64,000 bases of DNA from Octopus vulgaris (lineage: Eukaryota), in the NCBI GenBank assembly GCA_951406725.2, contig OX597828.1:23808001-23872000 (forward strand), read 5' to 3'. The notes beneath the pieces are model-generated. The model did not search any database and was not told the DNA's origin. It worked only from the letters and a program-made list of their open reading frames with translations. The position numbers and the translations under genes are program-made. Positions within the stretch are counted from its first letter, which is position 1; every line of letters begins with the position of its first letter. Positions 29,790-43,462 of the stretch are shown piece by piece.

Positions 29790-30750
29790 TTACATACCAC
29801 GCTATGTTGTTTTTTACAGCTCTAATGCTGTGTTCGCATTCCAATAAGTCCTCTTTCCGCTCCCCTTTGGGGGGGGGGGGTCATAAAGTCTTTCTGTGTC
29901 AGTTTTTGGTTGGAGTATCGCATATCTAGTCAGCAACTTCCTTGTCGTTCTGTCTAAGCTGTTTAGTTCGTCTACAATCCGTGCGATCACCTCCGCCCAT
30001 ATCTAAGGAGTGAAACCGCCTAGGTGTTGATAGCTTCAATCTTATCCCATCCGTTTAATTTCGACTTAAGGACCACTCTCAGTCTGCGCAAGTACTCCAC
30101 CTTAAATTATTCTGTCATTTCTTTCTCCACTAATTTATCCATTTCCAAATCCCCAAGTACTTATAGCCCGTCTCTTCTATCTGCTTCATAACCTCCTCCG
30201 AATGTATTGCTAGCCTGCCCATACATTTCATTTTGCTTCTCTTTAAGACTAACACACCACACTTTTTCACTCCGAACTCCATTTTGGTATCAGCAATGAA
30301 AGTATATACAGTATCAACGAGGGAACTGACTTGGGTTTCATCTTTACCATAAAGTTTGAGGTCATCCATGAATAACAAGTGGTTGACTTTTTGTTAGCGG
30401 CACTTCAATACGCACTCAGCCTTTGCTTTCCTCAGAATCAGTGTTAGTGGTATCATGCATAGTACAAAGATCATGGGAGACAGGTGGTCCACTTATAAGA
30501 TGCCTCTCCTGATTTCTATTGTCCCTAAATTTCTTCCACATGCTGTCAGTTCCGTCCTCCACTTCGTCATACTTTTTCCGAGCAACCTCTCAACATTTGA
30601 TGCAATACCAAATAGATGCATACATTCCATAATCTAAGAATGTTGGATCATATCGTACGCCTTATGATAGCTGATCCATGACATACTTAAAATAGTTTTC
30701 CTCCTCTTGCAGTCTCTAAGTACAGTTTTGTCTTCCAGGAGTTGATCCTT
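29789..30750 (-). mobile_element. R4/Dong-type RT fragment, inverted
   Basis: Minus strand gives VNHLLFMDDLKLYGKDE..FGVKKC..GYKYLGI, with upstream SYHKAYDMI and downstream RT thumb-like remnants. Confidence 0.85.
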
Positions 30751-30793
30751 GATTCAAAATGTCACATTAGCGCTATTATCGGAAGTAAGAAGG

Positions 30794-31860
30794 GATACTT
30801 CATTCAAAAAGTGACACAGACAGACTGTATGTACCAAGGAAAAGCGGGAGAAGAGGACCGATTGGATGCGAACACAGCATTAGAGCAGAAGAAAACAGCG
30901 TAGCATGGTATGTAAAAAAAATGCCACAGAACCGATATTAATGGAAGAATGTCAGGCTTGTGTAGGATGAAAGATTGCAAAGTTAAAACATTATACAAGA
31001 AATTGAAAATGAATGAAACCGAAAATAGGTGGGTAAAGAAAAGAATGCATAGACAATTTCATAGGGATGTTGAAGATAAGACAGAGAGAGACAAAAGAAG
31101 CGTAAAAGTGATTTAAAACGGGAAACGGATGCTATAATTTGAGCTGCCCAAGTGCTAGCATTAAGAAACAATTACATCTAATTGAGATTAGACATCACAT
31201 CTGAAAGTAATAAGTGCAGAATTGGTGGACAAAATGGTGGAACCGTATGGCATATCACCAGACAATGTACGCCATTAGCTCAGAAATAATATAAGAGATC
31301 TCAAGACAATATAGCAAGGATTATCTGTTGGACACTTTGCAACAAGTATAGATTTGACAGCAAAAACGTGGTACGAATATAAACCCGAAGGCATCATCGA
31401 AAATGATAATGCAAAGATCATACGAGATTTTATGATTCAGTGCTACCATGAGATAGAGAATAGGAAACCAGACATAGTGTTAATTGAGAAAGAAAGCAAA
31501 CGATGGCGGATCATACATATAGCATGCCTAACCGACAAGAAGGTATGCGATAAGGAAGAAAGAAACGTCGATAGATATGACAGGTTAGCTTGGGAGGTTA
31601 AGCAGTTCTATCCGCTGAAAAAGGTGGTAGTAGTAGCAATAACTGTCGGAGCCCTAGGTACTGTGAGTAAAAATCTTGAGACGTACAAGGAACAAATGGG
31701 GCTGCTGTGTTAGGCTGGAGCACTTGCAGAAAACATCACTGCTTGGAGCCGCTAGAATACTCCGGATAGTACTCAAAGTATAAGAGGTGTTACCTTAGTT
31801 CACTGATAGTGATTAACTGACACTGTAGTACATCTCCAGCGTTAGACACTGTGCAAAAAC
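30794..31860 (+). mobile_element. R4/Dong-type C-terminal half (zinc knuckle plus RLE plus 3'UTR)
   Basis: HSKSDTDRLYVPRK, KCRIGGQNGGTVWHITRQC, KPEGIIENDNAKIIRDF..RKPDIVLIEK..VGALG. Ends in an AAT/AAC tract. Confidence 0.85.
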
Positions 31861-31939
31861 AATAAAATAATAGCAACAACAACAATAATAATAATCATAA
31901 TAATGATGATGATGAGAATAGCGATCTGAAGTTTGTGGT

Positions 31940-32190
31940 CAATGAGGAGAGTAGACGCAATATCGATAGTAATTGGTGCACTTGGAAGTATCAGCACTCA
32001 ACTACCAGCATGGCTGAAAAAGACCGGTGCAAGTGTAAAGGTAGAACACTTACAAAAGCCAGTATTGCTTCGAACTGGAAGAGTTCTCCGCAGGTTTCTT
32101 GAAGCATGAGCAGTAAACAAAAGTCACCTAGTGTCTGCTGGCTGTAGACAGCTGAAACTTTTCATCATACCCAGCAAAATAAGCTGTAAT
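31940..32190 (+). mobile_element. Short Dong-type 3' end (different 3'UTR)
   Basis: IVIGALGS..VEHLQKPVLLRTGRVLRRFLEA*, followed by (AAT)n. Confidence 0.7.
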
Positions 32191-32241
32191 TTTTCATATA
32201 ATAATAATAATAACAATAATATTAATAATAATAATAATAAT

Positions 32242-32273
<32 letters not shown>

Positions 32274-32389
32274 GGTAACTAGAATGTGGAATCTGAAAAC
32301 AAAACAATTCCTATCATAGTAGGTGCATTAGGCATGATAAAAAAATATTCAGACAAATACATAACAAAAACACCAGGATCCTTACAAAC

Positions 32390-32559
32390 ACTATAGTCAC
32401 AAAAACAGAAATTTGGGGGAGGGGGATAGTCAATTACGTCAACGTCGACCCCAGTGTTCCACAGGTACTTGATTTATCGACTCTGAAAGAATGAAAGGCA
32501 AAGTCAACCATGGTGGAATTTGAACCCAGAACCCAGAAGATAAACACAGACGAAATGCA

Positions 32560-32643
<84 letters not shown>

Positions 32644-32848
32644 TAATAATAATAATAATAATAATAATCCTTTCTACTATAGTCACAAAAACAGAAATTT
32701 GGGGGAGGGGGATAGTCAATTACGTCAACGTCGACCCCAGTGTTCCACAGGTACTTGATTTATCGACTCTGAAAGGATGAAAGGCAAAGTCAACCATGGT
32801 GGAATTTGAACCCAGAACCCAGAAGATAAACACAGGCGAAATGCAAAT
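32390..32848 (-). repeat. Local tandem duplication of a family-D SINE fragment (32390-32563 and 32675-32848)
   Basis: The two copies are nearly identical and share private variants (cgtcaacgtcgacc, caaccatggtgg). Separated by (AAT)n. Confidence 0.85.
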
Positions 32849-32850
32849 AC

Positions 32851-32934
<84 letters not shown>

Positions 32935-32957
32935 TAATAATAATAATAATAATAATA

Positions 32958-33286
32958 AATGCCGGATGCAGTACCAGGAAGTGGCATTCATGCCTCTGAT
33001 CTGAACTGTTTGGAAGTGTTATCATGTACTTTGTTTTGTCTTGGTATAAAAGATGGGCTACAGCAAATATTCTGCTGAATACCACAGATTTGCTTGTCAG
33101 TTGCTTGACTCCAGCCAGATGAGCAATGTCATGGCTGACGATATGTTTATCTTGATATGAGATCACAATATATCGCACATATGATTGTGATGCATGTACC
33201 CTTATCAGATGGGTAGTCATGATATATATACTGGGCATATATTTTAACCCAGTGTCACCTTGATGGCATGCAATGCTCTCTCACTC

Positions 33287-33287
<1 letters not shown>
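32958..33287 (+). mobile_element. Family E copy with extra left end and internal deletions
   Basis: gtgttatcatgtac...gatgggctacagc...ctctctcactc|(AAT)n. Confidence 0.75.
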
Positions 33288-33353
<66 letters not shown>

Positions 33354-33799
33354 GAAACGAATAGCTCCGGGTTGAATAACAACATGGACGTACACTAAGA
33401 AGCTCTCTTCACATAACAAACTTAACCCATTAACATCGGTGCGATGGAAGGAAGACTTCGCAATACAACTGTTGGAAAAGTACTGTTAAAGTAGAGGAAC
33501 TAAAAGACCGGAAAGATTTTTGCACATATAAAGTGTAGTATCTTTCCGAAGAGCACAACGTCTCAATGCAATATACGCGAGAAATCGAAACCAGTGCCAG
33601 GAAACCTGGAAAAACACCACTTACAAAGTAAGTACTTAATTTGAATAATTACCTGTACAGACAGCTATCCACGCATCCATGTGCACATGTTAATATTTAT
33701 AAGCAACGTAAATAAGGCCTACACGAAACACATGTAAACACACGGAAAATAAAATAAAAAAAACACGTGCCACGAGTGACGCTGTACCAAACAAAAGCG

Positions 33800-34555
33800 A
33801 TGCGACTTCCCACAAATCTATATGGAAAGGAGCAAATAAGTCACTAAGTTTAAAAGATGCCAAATAGTTATGCAGGGAAAGATAACTACAAAAAATAGAG
33901 ACGATTTTCGATCTATCAGCCAACGATATGATAAATATACCCATTCGAAGAACAAGGAAGCGGCGTCTGGTCAAAAGGTCAACTCTCAACAAACAGAACC
34001 GTTTCCTATTGTCACTGTCAATGCCTCAATGACAGGCCAAAACTCATGTCGAATTGTTAATCACCCGGGACAACAAGGACCGTGTTATTCAGTGGAAAAC
34101 CAACCTAAGGTCGAAAAGGCTACTGCAGAAACAAATTCTCCAAAAAATTATCGACTAGGTAACCGGATCCAGGATAACCTTAACTCTAGAATGTAGACTA
34201 ATAGATGTAAGTGTTCCCAAAGGAATTTGACAAACTAAGTAAATTGAAATACAAAAAAAATTTGGCACCTTAAAATGAGAAATGTTCCTGTTATTGTAGG
34301 TGTCCTTAGTATGTTGAAAAAAAACGATGTCAGAAAGATGAAGATAGGATCCCAGGAGAACCATGTCTCAGAGAAATCCGAAAGTTTCTACTGACAAGTA
34401 CTAACCACATCCTCAGAAAAATCCACTCCCTTTAAATTTCTGTTTTATAACATGAGGATATTTCGCTACATCTCCTCCTCAAGCTTCTTATCTTTCACTC
34501 GCCCCAGGACACTGGGTGTGTCTCGGCAGGTGACAGTAACAAACATGCAGATTAA
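33800..34555 (+). mobile_element. Highly decayed Dong-type C-terminal fragment
   Basis: Remnants IDVSVP, EIQKNLAP/IWHLK, VPVIVGVLSM and HILRK, typical of the RLE tail. Confidence 0.5.
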
Positions 34556-34584
34556 AAGTAAATACTACTACTACTACTACTAAA

Positions 34585-34615
<31 letters not shown>

Positions 34616-34654
34616 GTAGTAGTAGTAGTAGTAGTAGTAGTATGATGATGATGA

Positions 34655-34702
<48 letters not shown>

Positions 34703-34808
34703 CGGTGGTGGTGGTGGTGGTGATGATGATGATGATGATGATGACTACGACGACGACGACAACAACAACAACAACAACAATAACAACAACAACAGCAACA
34801 ACAACAAC

Positions 34809-34880
<72 letters not shown>

Positions 34881-34888
34881 AAGACATT

Positions 34889-35115
34889 CTTATTTCTTTA
34901 CTGCCCACAAGGGGCTACACACAGAGTGGACTAATATGGTCAGACGAAGGGAATAAGTCGATTACATGGGCCTCGGTGCGTAACTGGTACTTGATTTATC
35001 GACCCTGAATGGATGTAAGTCAAAGTCGACCTCGCTGGAATTTGAATTAAGAACGTAAAGACAGATGAAATACCATTTTGCCCGGCGTGCTAACGTTTCC
35101 GCCAGGTCGTCGCCT
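34889..35115 (-). mobile_element. SINE family D
   Basis: tatttctttactgcccacaagggg...caaagtcgacctcg...gccaggtcgtcgcct. Confidence 0.85.
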
Positions 35116-35748
35116 GTAGAAAAGCCTGCAGAAGATCAAGCATTAAGGATTATTGGGATAAAAGCCACAATAGAAAAAAGCCAAGTAGATTTCCAATGTA
35201 GATTATGCAAATCGAAAGAGGAAAGCTTGTTGGCCTGAAAGACCACAGTATCCATCCTGCCAATTGTCTACACTTCGTCGCCATCATGTTTATGCGTTCA
35301 AGAAATGAATATTATACAATAGAAGCAACATTAGATTGAAATAGATACCTGCATATCACACCGAACGATAACACATACAAAAATGCAAATTTACTGCAAT
35401 ATTCCCCTGGAGATATTACATCCATAAGAGATAGTATCTCTCGCTGAATGCCGCAGTAAATTTGACTTTTCGTGATATCTTTATATTAGATGTGATTCAG
35501 TGATACACATACACACATACACACATACATACATACATACATACATACATACATACATTCATACATGCAAGCATACATAGATGTATGTATGCATGCATGC
35601 ATGCATACATACATTCATACGTACATGCATATGTACGTAATACATACAAACATATTTATATACATGCATATATATATATTATATATATTTATGTAAGTAT
35701 ATATATGTATATATATGTACACTAGGTATATATATGTATATATATATG

Positions 35749-35786
<38 letters not shown>

Positions 35787-35878
35787 CATATATATATATA
35801 TATACACACGTATATACATGTATGTGTCAATATCTTTGTGTTAGCGAGTGTGTGTTTTTGTGTGTATGCATGTACGTG

Positions 35879-35913
<35 letters not shown>

Positions 35914-35915
35914 GT

Positions 35916-36024
<109 letters not shown>

Positions 36025-36612
36025 TACATACATATATGAATTTCAATTTTAAACACGGACTTGCGAACTTTATTTTTCTCACGATTTCCATCTCCAGTTT
36101 CCTGCCGACGTCTTTTTGTTTTTTCCTGTTATTTGTGCTGGTGTGGTTTCATTTTTCACAGAAAATATTTTGTTTCCAATTTTTATTCATTTTTTTTTTG
36201 TTTACAATTTTCAACTTTTAACCCTGTTATCTGTATTATCAAGTCAGTGTAAACCGTTATTTCGGATTCGAAATTGCTAAATTTCTAAGCTATATTATGT
36301 GTTTATTAATTCTTATCCAGGCCTTCCTTTGTCGTCCATAATTGATGTCTTGTTGGATAAAATGTCAAGAAAGAAAAAAAAAAGAACTTAAGTTTTATTT
36401 ACCTTTTTGTCATTCGAGTCTAGGGACTGCGGGCATTAGTAATTGGAAGATATGAACGATCACAACCGATTATTTAGCTTGTTTAAAACGTGTCTTCTAT
36501 AATAACGTATAGTTTTTTACAGAAATAAAGAAAAAAATATTGCATAGGTCCCACGCACTCTGTATGCCTGGCCGTAGCCACGGTAGCAAAGATTTTTTAA
36601 AAACTGAAGAAC

Positions 36613-36651
<39 letters not shown>

Positions 36652-37012
36652 GGCCACCGGCACATGAGCATGATGGTGACCCCCCCTCTTCATTTCAATG
36701 TCGTCCGTAAGAGGGACATCAAGTCGCTTGATCAGGACGTCGTGAGATATGAGGTGGTCGCAAATAATCGACTACACTGGAGACAAATGCTGCGAAAGGG
36801 TTAGAAAAACAGGAACTCGCCACCCAAAGAAAAGCGCACTCGACGGAACGGAAAAATCAGTAGCGCCGGCAAAGAGCTCTTTCAAATGCAGTCGCTGTAT
36901 GTCTGACTGCCACTCCCGTGTGGGCCTATACGGCAACAACACTGCGCCACCATCATCAGCTGACACGATTTCTTCGGGCACAGATCCATGCCTTGTGGTG
37001 ACCTACGGATGC

Positions 37013-37072
<60 letters not shown>
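36652..37072 (+). mobile_element. RTE (BovB-like) LINE 3' end with (CTA)n tail
   Basis: FNVVRKRDIK..., FKCSRCMSDCHSRVGLYG (RTE C-terminal finger), tail gacctacggatgcc(tac)n. Confidence 0.75.
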
Positions 37073-37454
37073 TAAATAAGGAAATATATATCATTCACTT
37101 GTTGAACGTATGTTATATCTGCAAACTCCAGCAAAACGTATCTTAACATTTTAAAATCTGCATTGCTGTCTTCCATATTCTGGTTGTCATATAGAAATAA
37201 CTTTTAATGCAGTGGTTCATCTCATCTATTAAAATCAGATGAGATGAGATGTAATTTGCCTAAGAGTAAGTGACTGGTTCACAGCTATTGCTGCGTTTGC
37301 GATTAAGTTGAAACAAATATGACAAAGGGGTTCGTTGAAAGAAGTCAGCGTAATATATTATTCAAGGTTGCGTGCTGTTTGCTTTTGATCTTTATTTAGC
37401 CCTAGGGCTCATGGTGCAAGGTTGAGATCGTATCATTTCCCTTGAAAGGAACAG

Positions 37455-37585
37455 CGGTGGTTATGTTCTGAGTTCAAACTCCACCGGGAACGGCTTTGCC
37501 TTTCATCCATTTCGGAGTCGATAAACTAACTACAAGTTACATACTGAGGTAGATGTAATCGACTAGTCCCCTCTCCTAAAAGGAA
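37455..37585 (+). mobile_element. Family-D SINE fragment on + followed by (ATT)n
   Basis: gttctgagttcaaactccacc...ctttgcctttcatccatttcggagtcgataaa. Confidence 0.7.
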
Positions 37586-37599
37586 TATTATTATTATTA

Positions 37600-37643
<44 letters not shown>

Positions 37644-37687
37644 GTTATTATTATTATTATTATAATTTTTATTATCTTTATTATAAT

Positions 37688-37757
37688 CTTATGTTTGACT
37701 TTTGCTTTGCATTTGTACAAGTTGGCTCCAAATCTCACCCAAAGACCTCAAAAGACA

Positions 37758-37758
<1 letters not shown>
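37688..37758 (-). mobile_element. Dong-type 3'UTR tip, minus orientation, in (TTA)n
   Basis: Reverse complement of 29093-29162. Confidence 0.75.
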
Positions 37759-37807
<49 letters not shown>

Positions 37808-38581
37808 AACTACTACTACTACTACTACTATCATCATTATTATTATTTAACTTAATTGATTTTCAAAATCGTTAGCGGTTGCGTATATGAGCTTTGCACT
37901 TTTGTGCAGGTTCTTCACTTGCTGTATTCAAAAACCATGGACAATTTTCCTTCTCTGCATTTCGAGGTCGATAAAACATTCTAGCCGCCAAGTATCAATA
38001 ACGATATAATTTGCTATTTATATATCTCAGAAAAATTTCTTATATTTATTTATATAACTATATCATAAATTTTATTTATATATCTATATTATAAATCATC
38101 TTTATCACCAATAACAACGTATAGATAATTTCAAAGTCCCAAAAACTAAATATTACCCTCTCTTTTCCAAATGATTTAATCGATTAAATCTTAAACAACA
38201 AACAAAACAAACAATTTGCTATTCCAAATAGAATTTCTTTAGCATTACAGATTTTCAACTTCTCTTTTTGTTTCACTGCATATTCTATTTATACATCTAT
38301 TTTTTAAATATTTCCTTCTTCCTGCTACCCTCCACCTCAAGCCTCGAACATTTACATAAAGTCTTCTATTCTTGAAGTTCCGCTTAATTCCTTCATTTAT
38401 TTTATTCTTTTTATGATTTTTCTATTTTAATCCGCATATGTTTTAGATATTTGAGTAAATCTAAATATTGCAGAGATTCCTAAACATTCGAGTCAGTTTA
38501 CATATATTTTCTTCTGTCTTGTTTCATGAAATATTTTTTTTTCGAATTTTCACTAGAGCAGGTTATCTTGATTAAGTTTTA

Positions 38582-38725
<144 letters not shown>

Positions 38726-38799
38726 CATCCACACGTACAAGATCATATATCAGACCACACATATATCTCAGACACACTCGATTATATGTGCACGCATCC

Positions 38800-38853
<54 letters not shown>

Positions 38854-39031
38854 GCACGCTTACACACTCATATAAGTATATACATATTTATATATGTCTG
38901 TACCGTGAGGAACGGTGCGAAAGAGAATAACGAAAGTGGTTGGAGCGTAGTTTATTCACCACAGCAATAAGTAACTCTCTCGATCTTTGCCTTTACTCGA
39001 ACACACACACACATACACACACACACACACA

Positions 39032-39083
<52 letters not shown>

Positions 39084-39202
39084 TACATACATACATACGC
39101 ACTCACACACACGTAAAGAAACGCGAAAGGCTTTGTAAGTCACAGAGAGAACGCTACTAGGGAAGGTTCGTAATATAATAACTGCATAATAATAAAATAA
39201 TG

Positions 39203-39285
<83 letters not shown>

Positions 39286-39286
<1 letters not shown>

Positions 39287-39667
39287 GAAGCACTTAGAGA
39301 GCGCAAACACTCCGCCATTGTAACACCAACGTCCTCTCAACGATTAGCCGGAGATGGTTTTTGAAATAAGAATATCTTAAAGAAACTCGACTGCTCTCAC
39401 AAACGAAAATACTAAAAATGAACCCGACCGCTCTCACAAATTAAGTAAAACAAAGAAAAAAGGAAAAATAATTCTGAATCCTTGTCCAGTAATGGATCGA
39501 TACCGAAATCTAATCAGTTCCTGGCAGTCATGAGGCCAATCAACCTTGAAAGTTTCATCTGGCTCCATCCAGCAGTCTTGAGATATCTTGTCCACGGACA
39601 AACAAACAAACAAACAAACACCACTGAAAAAAACAATACCACGGCCTTCGCTAAGGCGGAAGTAATA
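39286..39667. mobile_element. Helentron-associated (HINE/DINE-1-like) non-autonomous element
   Basis: Subterminal ctccgcc motif, internal (ACAA)n, terminal stem-loop gccttcgctaaggc(ggaagta), AT-rich flanks. Confidence 0.6.
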
Positions 39668-39816
39668 ATATTTATTCTCCCATTTAAAGTGACGATTTTT
39701 AAATACAAAAAAAAATGACCGAAAAAGAATGAGCTAACCTCAGACAGAATCGAACCCTCAAATCAATGCTAAACATTTTGCCTAAGAATTCTCACAGTTC
39801 ACTTTATATATATATT

Positions 39817-40000
39817 CGAAGGGTTTTCACGAATGACAAGGTTGCAGTCGCCAACTTCCGGGTTCTTTTACCGGGCTTAGAAAGACGGAAGGACATATCC
39901 AATAAGTGTGTGAAAGTCAGAGCGGAATAAAATCATAATTAACTGATGCTCCAATATTTTCATTTACACAAAGCCAGGAAGTTTTCAGCAATCCCTCGTA
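39817..40000 (+). mobile_element. Tc1/mariner 3' end remnant
   Basis: FFYRA/GLE...NKCVKVRAE resembles the mariner transposase C-terminus. TIR-like ttttcagcaatccctcg followed by TA. Confidence 0.55.
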
Positions 40001-40006
40001 TCTATG

Positions 40007-40290
<284 letters not shown>

Positions 40291-40552
40291 CAATAGATTT
40301 AGGAAAGAATTGTGGTTATCTACTGCAATACTTTCATGGAACCACTATCGATTTCTTGCTGTTCATACTTTCATATAGAGAACAGTAAAAATAGCTGTAG
40401 TAGCAATAACATTGTTTGTTACAAATCGAGTATGCTGACCAAATCGTTGATGTGAAAACCGCAGAATTTACAGGCGTTAATAAAGATAGTAGGCAACGGA
40501 AAACTAAACTCACACACGCAATCATACCATGCACTTCGCACTACAAACTACA

Positions 40553-40682
40553 GAGTGGCTGTGCGGTAAGTAGCTTGCTTACCAACCACATGGTTCCGAG
40601 TTGAGTCCCACTGCGTGGCCCCTTGGGCAAGTGCCTTCTACTATAGCCTCAGGCCGACCATTTATATATATATATATATGTG

Positions 40683-40717
<35 letters not shown>

Positions 40718-40971
40718 GGTGTGTGTCTGTGTATGTGTGTGTGTGTTTGTGTGTGTGTTTGTGCGTCTGTATTTATCCCTCCAGCATCACTTGACAACCG
40801 ATGCTGGTGTGTTTACGCCTCCGTAACTTAGCGGTTCGGCAAAAGTGTCGATAGAATAAGTACTAGGCTTACAAAGAATATGTTCTAGGGTCGATTTGCT
40901 CGACTAAAGGCGATGATCCAGCATGGCCACAGTCAAATGACTGGAACAAGAAAAAAAGTAAAAGAGTAAAG
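40553..40971 (+). mobile_element. SINE family C (CORE-like ccttgggcaag, internal TA/TG microsatellite, (AAAAGAGT)n tail)
   Basis: tRNA-like head ggctgtgcggtaagtagcttgc. Homologous to 60752 and, inverted, to 41205 and 63045. Confidence 0.85.
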
Positions 40972-41204
40972 ATAGTGTTGTATGTAGTATACGGCATTGC
41001 CCCTTAATTAGATGGAGGTACTATCTTAAAAAACGGAAGTATTCATCTTAAAGAACGGAAGCATGGGTCATACGGAATCTTTCTATCGCATTATTTTGTT
41101 GCTTCAAACTGGTAAAAAACAAACTAGCAAAACGCATATTGATGTCGGTTTAGACCCCTGACTTTATTAGAAACACGTCAGAGTATTATTTGTATCCTTA
41201 TTAT

Positions 41205-41580
41205 TCTTTCATTCTTATATTCTTTTAACTGTTTCAGTCATTTGACTGCAGCCATATTGCAGCACCACCTTGAAGGGTTTTAGTAGAAGAAATCGACCCC
41301 AGGACTTATTCCTTGTAAGCTTCGTACTTAATCCATCGGTCTCTGTTGCCGAATCGATACGTTTCGGGGACGTAAACACACCAACATCGGTTGGCAAGCG
41401 GTGGTAGGGAAAGCAGAGACACAAACATATCTGTATATACGACTTGCTTCTTTCAGTTTCCGTCTACCAATGCCTTGGTCGGCGCGAGGCTATAGTAAAA
41501 GGCACTTTCCCTAAGGTGCCACGCAGTTGGACTGAATCCGGAATGATGTGGTTGGGAAGTGAGCTTCTTACCACATAGCT
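41205..41580 (-). mobile_element. SINE family C, inverted relative to the copy at 40553
   Basis: Reverse complement of the family C body. Confidence 0.85.
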
Positions 41581-41747
41581 AAGTCTTGTTATTCTTGTTG
41601 CTCTATCGTGTCGGCCATTTCAAACTATATAAATTATATTTAGTATGGTCTGGCTACCCTACGTCCATTGAAATCTTTCGCTGACTCCATGAGAATCTCT
41701 GGACTAGCATATTTACTTTTGATACTGTTGAGCCATAGTTACAGAGA

Positions 41748-41821
<74 letters not shown>

Positions 41822-42132
41822 ATAATAATAATAATAATAATATGCATATATATATGTATATATATATGCATACACACACACACACACATATATATATATA
41901 CATACAGAGTCCGCCAAGATAATGTATACACACTTGAAGAAGGGAAAAGTTTGTAGAAATACTTAACTTGCATAAGTACCTCTATAAATATAGGTACCTC
42001 TTTAAATGCTTTATCAAATTGCAATAACTCGGAAGAAAAGTTAATTACACTGAATAAAAATATTAACAGAGATCTTTCCTTTCCTAAATTATGTATAAAT
42101 GTTTTTGGCGTACTCTGAATATGCTCTGAGTA

Positions 42133-42479
42133 GGTAAAGGGGTAAAGACCCCCTTCGGTCATGAATGACCATGGGATTGCACCTAGAAAGTTACCCTCCT
42201 AGACACAAGTCCGGGCAAGGTTGTTTATGGAAGACCAGCAGTCGCCCATGCATACCAGCCTCCCCTCTCCACGCCACCAGTGTTATCCAAGGGAAAGGCA
42301 AGGGCCGATACAGCTTGGCATCAGTGACGTCGCAACTCATTTCTACAGCTGAGTGAACTGGAGCAACGTGAAATAAAGTGCCTTGCTCAAGAACACAACA
42401 CACAGCCCGGTCCGGGATTCGAGCTCACAACCTCACGATCGTAAGCTCGACGCTCTAGCCACTGAGCCATGCGCCTTCA
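42133..42479 (-). mobile_element. Full-length CORE-like tRNA SINE (family B) with 12-bp TSD
   Basis: Head gaaggcgcatggctcagtgg..., core tgtgttcttgagcaaggcacttt. TSD ATGCTCTGAGTA at 42121-42132 and 42480-42491. Confidence 0.9.
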
Positions 42480-42835
42480 ATGCTCTGAGTAAGTTGGATC
42501 TATTAACATGAATATCTATATACTTATATTTAAAAATTTATCGTCTGAAAGTCTCCACACGTTTTGCATGTATACTTATATACATATATTGTATTTCGTA
42601 TACAACCCGTTATATTTAATACATTTAATTTGTTTATCAGAATAATTGTCTCAATATATGCTCAAATTGATCCGTCTGATAGCCATTCTTTACCTCATGG
42701 AATCGATCCTCTCCAAAGACATCGGATTCTAAGTTTGAATCATTTGACCACTACTAAGTATCTTCTATACTGAGAGTCTCTGGATCTCTTCAGTAGGTTA
42801 TATGTGTGTGTTGTTGTTGCTGCTTGTTCCTTCTC

Positions 42836-43122
42836 AAGCCATGTCTGGTTCATAAGGGCCGGTTTCCCGGTTTCTTGGCGTATAGCTTCCCTACCTGGAC
42901 AGGACGCCGGTCCGTCGCAGGTGACCTGCTAGATGCATGAGGAAAGAGTGAGAGAAAGTTGTGGCGAAAGAGTCAGCAGAAGTTCGCCATTACCTTCTGC
43001 AGGAACCGCGTGGAGCTGAGCTGTTTCACTCAAAATCATGCATATCGCCTGGTCTGAGACTCGAACCTACGATCCCTCGATTGCGAGTCCGCAGCTCTAA
43101 CCACTAGGCCATGTGCCTCCAC
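42836..43122 (-). mobile_element. tRNA(Arg)-head SINE related to family A, with an alternative tail (family G)
   Basis: Shares head and ctctttcgccacaactttctctcactc body with family A. Tail ...gaaaccgggaaaccggccc. Confidence 0.8.
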
Positions 43123-43157
43123 TTGTGTATATTTGTGTGAGTATGTGTATGTGTTTG

Positions 43158-43462
43158 TGGGCACTTAAACTCCGTTTGTTACGATGACCAGTGTCTCACT
43201 TCATCCGATGAACGGAACAGTGTGCTCTTGAAATTAACGTGCAAATGGCAGAGCATTACACAGACATGAGTATTTCTCAGGGCGATTCAACGTGACCCAG
43301 AATTTGGCCATTTGAATTACAGGTACAACACATTTTTTTCCAGCTGAGTTGACTGGTGCAACGTGAAAATACAAAGTATCTTCTTCAAGGTAACAACACG
43401 CCCACGGGAACCGAACATGCAATCTCAAGATCTGAATATCTTAACCACCAAGCCACCTTACC
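43158..43462 (-). mobile_element. Degenerate CORE-like SINE with a different tail (family F)
   Basis: cagctgagttgactggtgcaacgtgaaa core shared with family B. Tail shared with 44970-45125. Confidence 0.65.

Noticed and set aside
33870-34196. 108-aa non-repetitive ORF
   Set aside because: Lies within decayed Dong-type sequence, with no splice or domain support.
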